Shown in pieces: positions 1-10,506 of a stretch of DNA of 32,987 nt. The position numbers and the translations under genes are program-made. The stretch's first letter is position 1, and each line of letters starts with the position of its first letter. Source of the DNA: Chromatiales bacterium (lineage in GTDB: Bacteria; Pseudomonadota; Gammaproteobacteria; SZUA-140); NCBI GenBank assembly GCA_031285245.1, contig JAITWN010000008.1, positions 1 through 32,987 on the forward strand, in the 5' to 3' direction. The notes below the pieces were generated by a model. That model was not told where the DNA came from. It was given only the letters and a program-made list of their open reading frames with translations, and made no database searches.

Positions 1-147
1 GCGCTTCGCGCGTTCGACGGTGTCATCGCTGCTGCCGCTATCGAGCACGATCAGCTCATTCGCCCAGGAAACGCTCGCCAGGCAGTCATCGATATTTTCC
101 CCCTCATCGCGCACGATCACGCAGACTGACAATGTGGCTCTGCTCAT
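1..147 (-). CDS. glycosyltransferase family 2 protein, 5' end only (gene runs off the left edge)
   Basis: My translation of the minus strand from ATG 147..145 gives MSRATLSVCVIVRDEGENIDDCLASVSWANELIVLDSGSSDDTVERAKR. This is a typical GT2 N-terminus (hydrophobic first strand, then 'VLDSGSSDDT'). Its ATG overlaps the TGA of the upstream GT9 gene (ATGA at 144..147). It is absent from the ORF track because it is truncated. Confidence 0.7.
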   Translation of the reverse strand, partial: MSRATLSVCVIVRDEGENIDDCLASVSWANELIVLDSGSSDDTVERAKR

Positions 148-1193
148 GCTGTGGCCTCCCGATGTGCACGCAGGGCATCGAAACGCGCGATCACTTCTTC
201 CACGCAGATCAGCTCCATGACGCCTGGAATTTCGATGCGCCGCCCCCAGCGCAACGTGGCTGTGGAACGTCGCAAGAATTTTTGTGCCGCGTCTTGGTAG
301 TGATCGACGGTCCAGCGCAGATCGGAATAAGGACCGGAGCGCCGTGCATCGGTGCAGGCGTAGAGCCCGAGTACGGGCGTGCCGACGGCGTTGGCAATGT
401 GCACGGGGCCAGAGTCGGGTGCGAGCAGTGCATCGGCGCGCGCGAGCAGGGCGCAGAACTGCTTGAGCGTATCTTTGCCGACGAGATCGATCGCTGGGCT
501 ATGCATGTTTTCGATGATGGCGTTGGCGGTGCTGCGTTCGAGTTTGCTGCGGCCACCACACAGCACAATGCGCCAACCGTTAGCGGCGGCGTGATCAGCA
601 ACGGCGGCGTAGCGCTCTGCTGCCCAGTTGCGCAGCGGATGACTGGCGCAGGGGGAGATGATCAATGCAGGGGCGGTGCTATCGGGCAAGTGCTCCGCGG
701 CCCAGGCGTGCGCCTCAGGCGGTATCGGCATGCGCCATTCGACGCGATCCTGATGCAGCCCGAGGGGCTCTGCGAAGCTGCCGATCACGTCGAGCACATG
801 ATGGCCGCCAGCCGGTATGCGTTCGCGCACGATGAGGCTGTGGCCTTCTTTACTGCGCGCATGATCGTAGCCGATGCGCCGATCGGCGTGGATGCCGGCG
901 GCGAGGATATTGGCGCGTAACGCGAGCTGCATGTGTAGCAATGCATCGAAGCGCCGACCGGCGAGCCCGCGCCACAGTGCGCGCAGGCCGCTGATGCCAG
1001 TGCGTTTGTCGTAGACGATGAACTCAACGCCATCCAAACCTTCGAGGAGACGATGTTCGGGATGGCCGATGATCCAGGTGAGGGCGGTGCTTGGCCAGTG
1101 TCTTTGTAGCGTGCGCACCAGCGGTACGACATGGGTGGCGTCACCCAGTGCGGAAAGCCGGAGCAGACAGATGGAGCGTGGCGCCGCGGGCAA
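144..1193 (-). CDS. ADP-heptose:LPS heptosyltransferase-family glycosyltransferase (GT9)
   Basis: ORF 144..1340 has GT9 hallmarks: 'ICLLRLSALGDATHVVPLVRTL' near the N-terminus and 'APDSGPVHIANAVGTPVLGLY' near the C-terminus. The Met at 1340 would overlap the conserved zf-CHCC gene by 139 nt. I therefore place the start at in-frame TTG 1193..1191, 8 codons before ICLLRL; CTG 1205..1203 is an alternative. The exact start is uncertain. Confidence 0.8.
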   Translation of the reverse strand: MPAAPRSICLLRLSALGDATHVVPLVRTLQRHWPSTALTWIIGHPEHRLLEGLDGVEFIVYDKRTGISGLRALWRGLAGRRFDALLHMQLALRANILAAGIHADRRIGYDHARSKEGHSLIVRERIPAGGHHVLDVIGSFAEPLGLHQDRVEWRMPIPPEAHAWAAEHLPDSTAPALIISPCASHPLRNWAAERYAAVADHAAANGWRIVLCGGRSKLERSTANAIIENMHSPAIDLVGKDTLKQFCALLARADALLAPDSGPVHIANAVGTPVLGLYACTDARRSGPYSDLRWTVDHYQDAAQKFLRRSTATLRWGRRIEIPGVMELICVEEVIARFDALRAHREATA

Positions 1194-1201
1194 TGGCGCA
1201 A

Positions 1202-1420
1202 TCAGCCGGAGCGCTCCGCGGCTTCGTCCACGAGCGTATAAATGGCGCCGCAATAAGGGCAGCGCGCCTGCCCGGTCTGCTCGATGGCGAGGAATACGCG
1301 TGGATGGGAGTTCCACCGACTCATACCGGGCATAGGGCAATGCAAGGGCAAGTCGGCTCGCCGCACCTCATAGTGATGCTGAGCGTTTGGTTGGATGAGT
1401 CCCTGTTCTCCCCCCGGCAT
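1202..1420 (-). CDS. small zinc-finger protein (zf-CHCC type)
   Basis: 72-aa ORF ending 'HPRVFLAIEQTGQARCPYCGAIYTL', the characteristic zf-CHCC motif. Its TGA sits directly at the start region of the downstream heptosyltransferase. Confidence 0.7.
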   Translation of the reverse strand: MPGGEQGLIQPNAQHHYEVRRADLPLHCPMPGMSRWNSHPRVFLAIEQTGQARCPYCGAIYTLVDEAAERSG

Positions 1421-1489
1421 CGTCCTTTCTCCTTCGGTAAGTGGTCTGCGCCAGCTAAGCTCTGTGGCTCTAAATATATAGGCAAGCGG

Positions 1490-2419
1490 TTAGACGTAAG
1501 TTAGCCATTCGGAGTGTTCTGCCCGACGGCCGTGCACTTGGTCGAAATACAGCGTTTGCAGGCGCTCGGTGATCGGGCCGCGTCCACCGCGGCCGATGGT
1601 GCGACCATCGACTTCGCGAATCGGCGTGACTTCAGCAGCGGTGCCGGTGAAGAAGGCTTCGTCGGCGATATAGACTTCATCGCGCGTGATGCGCTTCTCA
1701 CGCGTTTCGATGCCGAGCTCGGCGGCAAGGCGGATGATGGTTTCACGGGTGATGCCATCGAGCGCGGAGGTGAGATCCGGCGTATACAAGCAGCCATCGC
1801 GAATGATGAAAATGTTTTCGCCACTGCCTTCGGCAACATAGCCTTCAGCATCGAGCAACATGGCTTCGCTGCATCCACTCGCCAGCGCTTCCTGGAGCGC
1901 GAGGATCGAGTTGGTGTAGTTGCTGTTGGCTTTCGCCTTGCACATGGTGATGTTGACGTGATGACGGGTGAAGGATGAGGTGCGTACTTTGATGCCATTC
2001 TTCAGATTGTCAGCGCCCATGTAGGCGCCCCACGTCCAGGCGGCCACCATGGCGTGGGTTTTGAGATTGTCGGCGCGCAGGCCCATGCCTTCAGCGCCGT
2101 AGAAACACATCGGGCGGATGTAGCCGGACTCAAGGCCACAGTCGCGTACGACGGTGAGCACAGCCTGGTTGATCTCATCCTTGCTGTAAGGCATCGGCAT
2201 GTTGAGGATATGCGCCGAGCGGAAGAGGCGATTGGTGTGCTCCTGAAGACGGAAGATGGCGGTGCCGCGCTCGGTTTTGTACGCGCGGATGCCTTCGAAT
2301 ACGCCAAGGCCGTAATGCAGGGTGTGCGTCAGCACGTGCACTTTTGCATCGCGCCAGGGCACTAGTTTGCCGTCTAGCCAGATCACTCCGTCACGATCAT
2401 CCATTCCGGCCACGCTCAT
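1490..2419 (-). CDS. ilvE: branched-chain amino acid aminotransferase
   Basis: 309 aa. 'IWLDGKLVPWRDAKVHVLTHTLHYGLGVFEGIRAY' and 'EGSGENIF...TP...LDGITR' are classic class-IV aminotransferase / IlvE motifs. Confidence 0.93.
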   Translation of the reverse strand: MSVAGMDDRDGVIWLDGKLVPWRDAKVHVLTHTLHYGLGVFEGIRAYKTERGTAIFRLQEHTNRLFRSAHILNMPMPYSKDEINQAVLTVVRDCGLESGYIRPMCFYGAEGMGLRADNLKTHAMVAAWTWGAYMGADNLKNGIKVRTSSFTRHHVNITMCKAKANSNYTNSILALQEALASGCSEAMLLDAEGYVAEGSGENIFIIRDGCLYTPDLTSALDGITRETIIRLAAELGIETREKRITRDEVYIADEAFFTGTAAEVTPIREVDGRTIGRGGRGPITERLQTLYFDQVHGRRAEHSEWLTYV

Positions 2420-2478
2420 ACCCTACCTGCCTCGTCATTGAATAGAGAAAGATGTCAATTGTAGCGTAAAAAGGGGCG

Positions 2479-5412
2479 TTATTTCATCGCGCCGTCAGGC
2501 TCTTCGAGCAGCCGTCTCCACAGCGCGATTACCGCCTCACGCTCGGCGGTAAATTCGTCGTCGGCGGCGAGTGTGTCGCTGGATTCCTGGAGGGCGAGGC
2601 GGTGGATGCGGGCACGGTAGGCGCGATAGGCGTCCATCATCGTTTGGGCTTCCTCACGGGAGAGCAGACCGACATTCTGTAGCGTTTCAAGAAGTCGCAT
2701 ATTGTCGGTCCAGCGCAGTAGCGCGGGGTATTCCCCTGCCCAGCGCAGCACCGCGAATTGGACAATGAATTCGAGATCAGCGATGCCGCCCGCGCCCTGT
2801 TTGAGGTCGAAGCGTCCGTGACCGCTGCGATCGAGCTCGTGTTTCATGCGTTCGCGCATGTCGCGGATTTCGCGGCGCAGCAGCTGAGGGTCGCGCGAGC
2901 GCGACAGGATTTCGCGGCGCAGCGCGGTGAAATGTTCGGCGACTGTATCAGCGCCGGCCGGGCTTTCGGTTTGCGCGACCACGCGGGCGCGAACCAGTGC
3001 TTGGTGCTCCCAGGTCCAGGCATGATTGCGCTGGTAGTCTTCGAAAGCTTCTATCGAGCTGACCAGCAGGCCGGAGGCGCCACTTGGACGTAGGCGTAGA
3101 TCGACTGGGTAGAGAATACCGGCGGGGGTGTGGGCGCTCAGCATGTGAATGATGCGCTGGCCGAGGCGGGGATAGCAGCGCGCCGCGGCATCGCTGCCGG
3201 TGCCGCTGTGCAGAAAGACGATGTCGAGGTCAGAGCCATAACCGAGCTCGATGCCGGCGAGTTTGCCGTAAGCGATGATGGCAAAACCACGATCGATCGC
3301 CTGTCTAGCTTTGGCATCGCGGCGAATGGTGTGCGCAACGGCGAGATGTAACACTTTATGCAGACAGACTTCGGCGATGTCAGTGAGATGGTCGCTGACG
3401 ATCATCAGCGGCATGCGGCCACTGAGGTCGGCGGCGGCTACGCGCAGCACGCCAGTTTGTTTGAACTGACGTAGCGCTTCCATCTGCTCTTCGAGGTCGT
3501 TTTCGCCAGCTGCGGCGAGGCGTTCAGCGAGATCGTGTTCGAGTGCGCTGCGCTCAAGTGGACGTTCGAGTATGTCGGGATTGAGCAGTTCGTCGAGCAG
3601 CAGCGGTTGTTCTCCGAGCATGCGCGCGATCCACGGGCTGCCTGCGCAGAGGCGCACCATTTGCGCGAGCGCGACTGGATTGTCGGCGAGGAGAGCAAGA
3701 TAAGCTGTGCGTCGCGCGATGTGTTCAATCAGATCGAGCACACGTGGCAGCGTGATTCCCGGATTTTCGCCGGATGCCACGGCTGCGAGCAGCAGCGGCA
3801 TCAAGCGATCCATGCGTGCGCGTCCGCCTGCGCTGAGTGCGCGATAGACGTAGCTGTCGCGCAGCGCCGCTAACCGTCGCACGCCTTCGACACCGAAGGT
3901 TGTGGCGAAGCCTTCATCGCTGCCTTGGCCTTGCCTTGGTGCCGATGCGTTCCACAGCATGTCGTAGTCTGGTCCGCTGCGGGTATTTTTCTCTGCGCTG
4001 CTGGCGCGGGCATCGGTGAAGATGTGATCGAAATGTGCGCGCACGCGCTGACGATGCTGATCGAGCGTGTTTTCAAATTCATCTACATCGTTGTAGCCCA
4101 TCGTCCACGCGAGGCGCGCGCGATCAATCGCTCCATCGGGCAGGCGATGGAGCTGCGCGTCGTTGTAGATCTGCAAGCGATTTTCCAGGCGACGCAGAAA
4201 TCGATAGGAATCGGCAAGCTCGGTGCAACTCGATGCGGGAAGATGGCCGGCGCCTGCAAGCAGGCTGAGAATCTTGAGAATGCCGCGCTCGCGTAGCGCC
4301 GGTTCGCGCCCACCGCGAATGAGCTGATAGGTCTGGCCGATGAATTCGATTTCGCGGATGCCGCCAGGGCCGCGTTTGATGTCATCGATGCGATCGCGGC
4401 GCGCGGCTTCGCGGTCGATTATCGCTTTCATTTCGCGCAGTGATTCGAAGACGCCGTAGTCGAGATATTTGCGATACACGAAAGGGCGCAGCATGCGTAG
4501 CAGCGCGTTGCCGGTTTCGTAATCTCCACCGACCGGGCGCGCCTTGATCATGGCGTAGCGTTCCCATTCGCGCCCTTGGATCTGATAGTAATCCTCCATC
4601 TGCGCCAGACTCATGGCGAGCGGGCCCGCATCGCCCCAAGGACGCAGGCGCATATCGACGCGAAACACGAAGCCTTCGATATCGCGTTGACCAATGGCAG
4701 CGATTAATTTTCTACCAAGGCGCGCAAAAAATTCTTCATTGGAAATACGCTGACGTTTGCCGCGCGTTTCGCCTTCGGCGGCGTAAACAAAAATAAGATC
4801 GACATCGGAAGAGAAATTGAGCTCGAAGGCGCCGAGTTTGCCCATGCCGATGACGGCCATGCCGACGGCGTTGCCATTGCCGTCCCGTGGCGTGCCGTGA
4901 ATGTCTTCTTCCCAGAGCTGTAATTTTGCGAGCGTGCCATCGATGGCGGCTTCGGCGAGCCAGCTTGTTTCGCGCAGCGTGGTTTCAAGATCGCTCCAGC
5001 CGGTGAGATCGCGCCAGGCGATGCGCATCATTTCGCGTCGGCGCTCGCGGCGCAGCGCGAAGGCAAGCGAAGCTTCATCGTGACAGTGCGCGAGTGCGGC
5101 GTGCAGTCTGCGGGCGTGGCTGTCGGCAGAGTAGGCGATATAGAGATCGCCGCTCGCGCATAAATCATCGAGCAGTTCTGGGTGGCTGATGCAGCTTTGC
5201 GCGACGAAGGCGCTGCTTGCCCATACCGCATCTCGCATCGCCAGTAGCTCCGGATGCTGCAGCGGCGTGATGCAGTTCTCAGTGCAGGTTTCGAGATAGC
5301 GCTCCTGATAGCGTTCGAGCTCGGCGCGTAGCGCCGGGGGCGGTGGTCCGGGAAATCCCGCGCGCCGGGTCATGGCTGCAGTCGCGTGAAGGAGTAGGAA
5401 GGGTTCGCGCAA
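2479..5412 (-). CDS. glnE: bifunctional glutamine synthetase adenylyltransferase / adenylyl-removing enzyme
   Basis: 977 aa with two nucleotidyltransferase modules ('GMGKLGAFELNFSSDVDLIFVY' and 'AYGKLAGIELGYGSDLDIVFLH'). Length and glnE-ilvE synteny fit. The start could instead be the Met 13 codons downstream. Confidence 0.92.
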   Translation of the reverse strand: MREPFLLLHATAAMTRRAGFPGPPPPALRAELERYQERYLETCTENCITPLQHPELLAMRDAVWASSAFVAQSCISHPELLDDLCASGDLYIAYSADSHARRLHAALAHCHDEASLAFALRRERRREMMRIAWRDLTGWSDLETTLRETSWLAEAAIDGTLAKLQLWEEDIHGTPRDGNGNAVGMAVIGMGKLGAFELNFSSDVDLIFVYAAEGETRGKRQRISNEEFFARLGRKLIAAIGQRDIEGFVFRVDMRLRPWGDAGPLAMSLAQMEDYYQIQGREWERYAMIKARPVGGDYETGNALLRMLRPFVYRKYLDYGVFESLREMKAIIDREAARRDRIDDIKRGPGGIREIEFIGQTYQLIRGGREPALRERGILKILSLLAGAGHLPASSCTELADSYRFLRRLENRLQIYNDAQLHRLPDGAIDRARLAWTMGYNDVDEFENTLDQHRQRVRAHFDHIFTDARASSAEKNTRSGPDYDMLWNASAPRQGQGSDEGFATTFGVEGVRRLAALRDSYVYRALSAGGRARMDRLMPLLLAAVASGENPGITLPRVLDLIEHIARRTAYLALLADNPVALAQMVRLCAGSPWIARMLGEQPLLLDELLNPDILERPLERSALEHDLAERLAAAGENDLEEQMEALRQFKQTGVLRVAAADLSGRMPLMIVSDHLTDIAEVCLHKVLHLAVAHTIRRDAKARQAIDRGFAIIAYGKLAGIELGYGSDLDIVFLHSGTGSDAAARCYPRLGQRIIHMLSAHTPAGILYPVDLRLRPSGASGLLVSSIEAFEDYQRNHAWTWEHQALVRARVVAQTESPAGADTVAEHFTALRREILSRSRDPQLLRREIRDMRERMKHELDRSGHGRFDLKQGAGGIADLEFIVQFAVLRWAGEYPALLRWTDNMRLLETLQNVGLLSREEAQTMMDAYRAYRARIHRLALQESSDTLAADDEFTAEREAVIALWRRLLEEPDGAMK

Positions 5413-5557
5413 TGCAGCGTCATGGGGGTGGATCTCAACGGGCGATTCGGATGTTTCAGGGAGGACGATCGAGCTGGATCAAGCCTCAAACCGCCCGCTG
5501 GGCGGCCGATACAAGCTATCGGATCGCTGTTCAACCCGCAAGAACTCATCAGAGGCA

Positions 5558-6709
5558 ATGATGGAATTTACCGACTATCTCAAGCTGATGGTGCAAAAAG
5601 AAGGTTCTGACCTTTATCTGACAGTCGGTGCGCCTCCTTATTTGCGGGTGCATGGCCAGATGACGCCGCTCGAAAAAATGCCGCTAGCGCCAGGCGTGCC
5701 CCGTGAGATTGCTTACAAACTGATGTCGCCGGATCAGCAGAAGGCGTTTGAGAAGAACCCGGAAATGAATCTCGCTATTTCCGCGGCCAACGTTGGTCGT
5801 TTCCGCGTCAATATTTTCAAACAGCGCAATCAGATTGGTCTCGTCATTCGAAACATCAAGCTCAAGATTCCGAGCATGGAAGAGCTCGGGCTGCCGCCTG
5901 CGCTCAGCAAGCTCATCATGCAGAAGCGCGGGTTGGTTCTGTTTGTGGGGGCGACGGGCTCTGGTAAGTCTTCGTCGCTTGCTTCGCTCATCGATTATCG
6001 CAATGCTACCAGCGCTGGCCATATCATTACCATCGAGGATCCGATCGAATACGTTTACACCCACAAGCGTTCGATCATTACTCAGCGTGAAGTGGGTGAC
6101 GATACCAACACCTATGAAGAAGCGCTGAAGAATACGCTCCGACAAGCGCCGGATGTCATTCTCATCGGTGAGGTGCGTGATCGCGACACCATGGAATACG
6201 CGGTCGCTTTTGCTGAAACTGGCCATCTTGCGATCTCGACCTTGCACGCCAATAACGCCAACCAGGCGTTTGATCGCATCATCAACTTCTTTCCGGAAGA
6301 TCGCCGTAATCAATTGCTGATGGATCTCGCGCTCAACGTGCGCGGCATCGTGTCACAGCGCCTGATTCCAACGCTCGATGGCAAGCGTGTTGCGGCGTTT
6401 GAAATTCTCATCAATTCGCCGCTGATCAGTGATCTCATCCTCAAGGGTGATATTCACAAGATCAAAGAGATCATGGAGCGTTCAGAGAACGTTGGCATGC
6501 AGACCTTCGATGGTTCGCTCTACCGGCTCTATAAAGCCGGCAGGATTTCCTATGAAGAAGCGCTGCGTAACGCTGACTCGCAGAATAACCTGCGTCTGCG
6601 CATCGATCTCGAAGAGAAGGATGCCGAGCGCAGCCACATTGCCGAAGGTCTGCACCTCGAGGAAAAGGCGGACGATCGCAATAATGGTCATCGCGCGCTG
6701 TCGATCTGA
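5558..6709 (+). CDS. pilU: type IV pilus retraction ATPase, PilU-type (PilT family)
   Basis: 383 aa with Walker A 'GATGSGKSS', 'IITIEDPIEY', 'ILIGEVRD' and 'LHANNANQAFDRIINFFPED'. The length and C-terminal tail fit PilU rather than PilT. Tandem ATGs at 5558 and 5561. Confidence 0.85.
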   Translation: MMEFTDYLKLMVQKEGSDLYLTVGAPPYLRVHGQMTPLEKMPLAPGVPREIAYKLMSPDQQKAFEKNPEMNLAISAANVGRFRVNIFKQRNQIGLVIRNIKLKIPSMEELGLPPALSKLIMQKRGLVLFVGATGSGKSSSLASLIDYRNATSAGHIITIEDPIEYVYTHKRSIITQREVGDDTNTYEEALKNTLRQAPDVILIGEVRDRDTMEYAVAFAETGHLAISTLHANNANQAFDRIINFFPEDRRNQLLMDLALNVRGIVSQRLIPTLDGKRVAAFEILINSPLISDLILKGDIHKIKEIMERSENVGMQTFDGSLYRLYKAGRISYEEALRNADSQNNLRLRIDLEEKDAERSHIAEGLHLEEKADDRNNGHRALSI

Positions 6710-6723
6710 GTTGAGTTAGATCT

Positions 6724-6836
6724 AAACCCCTCTTCGTCATCGCGAGGCGAAGCCGAAGCAATCCACATAGCCGCCTGGATTGTTATAGGGCGATTACCAC
6801 GGAGCTAAAGCCCCTCGCGATGACGATGTGGGGTTT
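6724..6836. repeat. 113-bp REP/MITE-like palindromic element (single copy in window)
   Basis: Imperfect 24-bp terminal inverted repeats: aaaccccTCTTCGTCATCGCGAGG (6724..6747) versus CCTCGCGATGACGATGTggggttt (6813..6836). There is also an inner inverted repeat caatcca/tggattg. The 'CGTCATCGCGAGGCGAAGCCGAAGCAATCC' core resembles short intergenic repeats that give spurious '..LAMT..' ORFs (compare track ORF 6471..6761). Confidence 0.45.
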
Positions 6837-6862
6837 TTCAGACTTTTCCTAATCTGCAGACG

Positions 6863-6900
6863 AAAAAAAACGCCCCGGTTCGAGCCGGGGCGTTTTCGTT
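6863..6900. terminator. bidirectional rho-independent terminator between convergent pilU and groEL
   Basis: A8 run (6863..6870), then stem CGCCCCGG (6871..6878), loop ttcgag, stem CCGGGGCG (6885..6892), then TTTTCGTTTT. This gives a U-tract in both orientations. Confidence 0.8.
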
Positions 6901-6926
6901 TTGCTGCGCTGCCTGATTGATGCAGC

Positions 6927-8598
<1,672 letters not shown>

Positions 8599-8889
8599 TT
8601 ACTTATCCAGAACGGCCATGATGTCGTCTTCGCGCATCACGACGTATTCCGTGCCATCGATCTTGATCTCGGTGCCGGCATATTTGCCGAACAGGACCTT
8701 GTCGCCTACCCGCACGTCCAGCGGACGCACCTGGCCGTTTTCCAGCACCTTGCCTGAACCGACGGCGACGACTTCGCCACGACTGGGTTTCTCGGCTGCG
8801 GAATCGGGAATCACGATACCGCCGGCGGTGGTGCGTTCTTCCTCCAGACGCCGGACAACGGCCCGGTCATGAAGGGGCTTGATTTTCAT
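8599..8889 (-). CDS. groES: co-chaperonin GroES
   Basis: 96 aa: '[43 protein letters not shown]'. Lies immediately upstream of groEL. Confidence 0.95.
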   Translation of the reverse strand: MKIKPLHDRAVVRRLEEERTTAGGIVIPDSAAEKPSRGEVVAVGSGKVLENGQVRPLDVRVGDKVLFGKYAGTEIKIDGTEYVVMREDDIMAVLDK

Positions 8890-8950
8890 ATCGTCGGCTC
8901 CTTGTTTAACTGTTTGTTATGTAATTGGATTCTTGGGGTCTCCCAGCGCC

Positions 8951-8977
8951 TTGGCACTCTGGCCTGGGGAGTGCCGA
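8951..8977 (-). promoter_or_regulatory. CIRCE-like inverted repeat (putative HrcA operator) in the groESL leader
   Basis: Minus strand reads tcGGCACTC-cccaggcca-GAGTGCCaa. The CIRCE consensus is TTAGCACTC-N9-GAGTGCTAA. The core GCACTC-N9-GAGTGC matches exactly with the correct 9-nt spacer, and the element lies between the promoter and the groES start. Confidence 0.6.
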
Positions 8978-8980
8978 GTA

Positions 8981-9020
8981 GTATAGGGGCGTAAAACCAA
9001 CTTTCAAGAGCGAGGGGAGA
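8981..9020 (-). promoter_or_regulatory. sigma-32-type heat-shock promoter of groESL
   Basis: Minus strand reads TCTCCCCTCGCTCTTGAAA-gttggttttacg-CCCCTATAC. The consensus is TCTCNCCCTTGAA-N13-17-CCCCATNTA. The -35 is at 9002..9008 and the -10 at 8981..8989. Confidence 0.55.
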
Positions 9021-9058
9021 AACTTTGGAAGGGAGTTAATCTGAAGTTTGGAGATGGC

Positions 9059-9499
9059 TTAGTGGTCGATGCGCTTATTCTCCTCAGGAGATTCGCGGTG
9101 AAACTCGCCTTCGATGATGTATTGGGTTCTCGAATTACCTTGCTCCGGGGCTGGGCCGATGGGTAAATGCCCGATCAGCGCTTGTCGCACCCAGGGGAGC
9201 AGTAGTAGCAATGCCACAAGGTCTGAGAGAAAACCGGGCAATATCAGCAGGATGCCGGCGAGCATCACGATCATGCCAGACATCATTTCACGCGCGGGCC
9301 ATTGCCCATTCATCAGGATTTCGCGCATGCGCACCGCCATGCTGAGACCCTGCCAGCGCAGTACCAGCATTCCCGTGATGGCGGCAAGCATGAGCAGTCC
9401 GAGCGTAGGGAGTGCGCCGAGCCACGATCCGACCTTGATCAGGGTCAGGATCTCGAGCGCGGCGAGGACAAGAAATATAAGGAAGAATGGGATCTTCAT
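9059..9499 (-). CDS. fxsA: FxsA family inner-membrane protein
   Basis: 146 aa. The N-terminus 'FLIFLVLAALEILTLIKVGSWLGALPTLGLLMLAAITGMLVLRWQG' is the FxsA signature. Position next to groESL as in enterics. Confidence 0.8.
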   Translation of the reverse strand: MKIPFFLIFLVLAALEILTLIKVGSWLGALPTLGLLMLAAITGMLVLRWQGLSMAVRMREILMNGQWPAREMMSGMIVMLAGILLILPGFLSDLVALLLLLPWVRQALIGHLPIGPAPEQGNSRTQYIIEGEFHRESPEENKRIDH

Positions 9500-9650
9500 C
9501 CTTGGGCACTATAAAGGATGTGGCGCGTTCCGTCAGGAGTCTTCTTGTCGCGCGGCGTCGGACGGACGGGATGGGTTGGCCCAAAAGCTCGAATGACGCG
9601 CGATACGCGCGCAGCGCTGTTTTTGCACCGATTATCGATATAATCCCGCC

Positions 9651-9986
9651 ATGACTGCCGCATCCGATTGTCGCTTGGTGTTGACTACTTGTCCGGATGA
9701 TCGGGTTGCTCGTCTGCTGGCGCGGGCGCTGATCGAAGCGGAGCTGGGGGCCTGTGTGAATATCGTGCCGGGTTTGACGTCGATCTATCGCTGGCAGGGT
9801 GTGGTTGAAGAGGGTAGCGAGGTGCTGCTGCTCATCAAGACCTTGGCTGTGCGTTATGAGGCACTGGAGTCGTTCATTCGCGAGCGCCATCCTTACCAAC
9901 TGGCGGAAATCATCGCGGTCGATCTCAGTGCCGGTCTGCCAGCCTATCTCGCGTGGATCGGCGAATCGGTCCGTGCGGAGTCCTGA
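9651..9986 (+). CDS. cutA: divalent-cation tolerance protein CutA
   Basis: 111 aa: 'LVLTTCPD...ARALIEAELGACVNIVPGLTSIYRWQGVVEEGSEVLLLIKT'. Followed by a dsbD-related gene, as in the cutA locus of E. coli. Confidence 0.85.
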   Translation: MTAASDCRLVLTTCPDDRVARLLARALIEAELGACVNIVPGLTSIYRWQGVVEEGSEVLLLIKTLAVRYEALESFIRERHPYQLAEIIAVDLSAGLPAYLAWIGESVRAES

Positions 9987-10005
9987 AGTGAGCTGCCTAG
10001 TGAGG

Positions 10006-10506
10006 ATGCGTGCATTGAATTCGAGAGTGGCGCGGCGACCGTTCGTTTTTTATGCGCTGGTATTGATGCTGGCGAGCAGCGTTGCCGCAGCCGCTGGTGC
10101 GGGGCAGAAGCTCGGGCTGTTCGATAAGGCTCAGGAAGCGTTTTTGGCGCCGGATGAAGCTTTTGTCTTCAGCGCGGAAGTAAGAGGTACGAATACGGTC
10201 GTGGTGCATTGGCGCATCGCTGAGGGGTATTACCTCTACCGCGCGCGCTTTGCGTTTCGTTCGCCGGCGGGCACCGGAGTCAGTTTGGGGGTTCCGGTAT
10301 TTCCTAAGGGCGTTAGTAAAGAGGATGAATACCTCGGCCAGACAGAGGTCTATTACGGCGATCTTGCCGTTATCCTGCCGATTCATCGTATTAATATTGC
10401 AGAGCGACATTTGCGTTTGGAGGTGTCTTACCAGGGGTGTGCGGAAGCGGGTTTGTGCTATTCGCCCATCAAGAAAGTGGTCGAACTCACTTTGCCGGCG
10501 GTCTGA
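10006..10506 (+). CDS. stand-alone DsbD N-terminal (alpha) domain protein, periplasmic
   Basis: Taken from ATG 10006 within track ORF 9799..10506. It has a signal peptide (MRALNSRVARRPFVFYALVLMLASSVAAAAG), then 'FLAPDEAFVFSAE...HWRIAEGYYLYR' and the Cys pair 'YQGCAEAGLCYSP', matching nDsbD. The ORF stops after about 166 aa with no transmembrane or thioredoxin part. Confidence 0.75.
   Translation: MRALNSRVARRPFVFYALVLMLASSVAAAAGAGQKLGLFDKAQEAFLAPDEAFVFSAEVRGTNTVVVHWRIAEGYYLYRARFAFRSPAGTGVSLGVPVFPKGVSKEDEYLGQTEVYYGDLAVILPIHRINIAERHLRLEVSYQGCAEAGLCYSPIKKVVELTLPAV

Noticed and set aside
132-920. Long antisense or alternative-frame ORFs in the track, for example 132..920(+), 5684..6313(-), 7257..8234(+), 9997..11025(-), 11938..13215(-), 14155..14874(-), 20905..21834(-), 23947..24873(-), 24303..25013(-) and 26659..27171(+).
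   Set aside because: Each lies opposite to, or out of frame with, a gene that has clear family motifs. Their translations are Arg/Ala/Pro/Gly-rich with no motifs, as expected for shadow ORFs in GC-rich DNA.
1194-1340. N-terminal 49 codons of the heptosyltransferase ORF (Met at 1340).
   Set aside because: They would overlap the conserved zf-CHCC gene by 139 nt, and GT9 enzymes start just before the 'I.LLR.SALGD' strand, so an internal TTG/CTG start is more plausible.
5413-5557. Possible tRNA or sRNA in the glnE-pilU spacer, and similarly in the other larger spacers (9500-9650, 11080-11232, 22915-23016, 32534-32796).
   Set aside because: Only short 5-6 bp hairpins are present. There is no cloverleaf-compatible arrangement or conserved T-loop (GTTCRANNC) context.
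9288-9899. 203-aa ORF spanning the fxsA-cutA divergent region.
   Set aside because: It overlaps both well-supported genes on the wrong strand or frame, and its composition is Arg/His/Gln-rich with no motifs.
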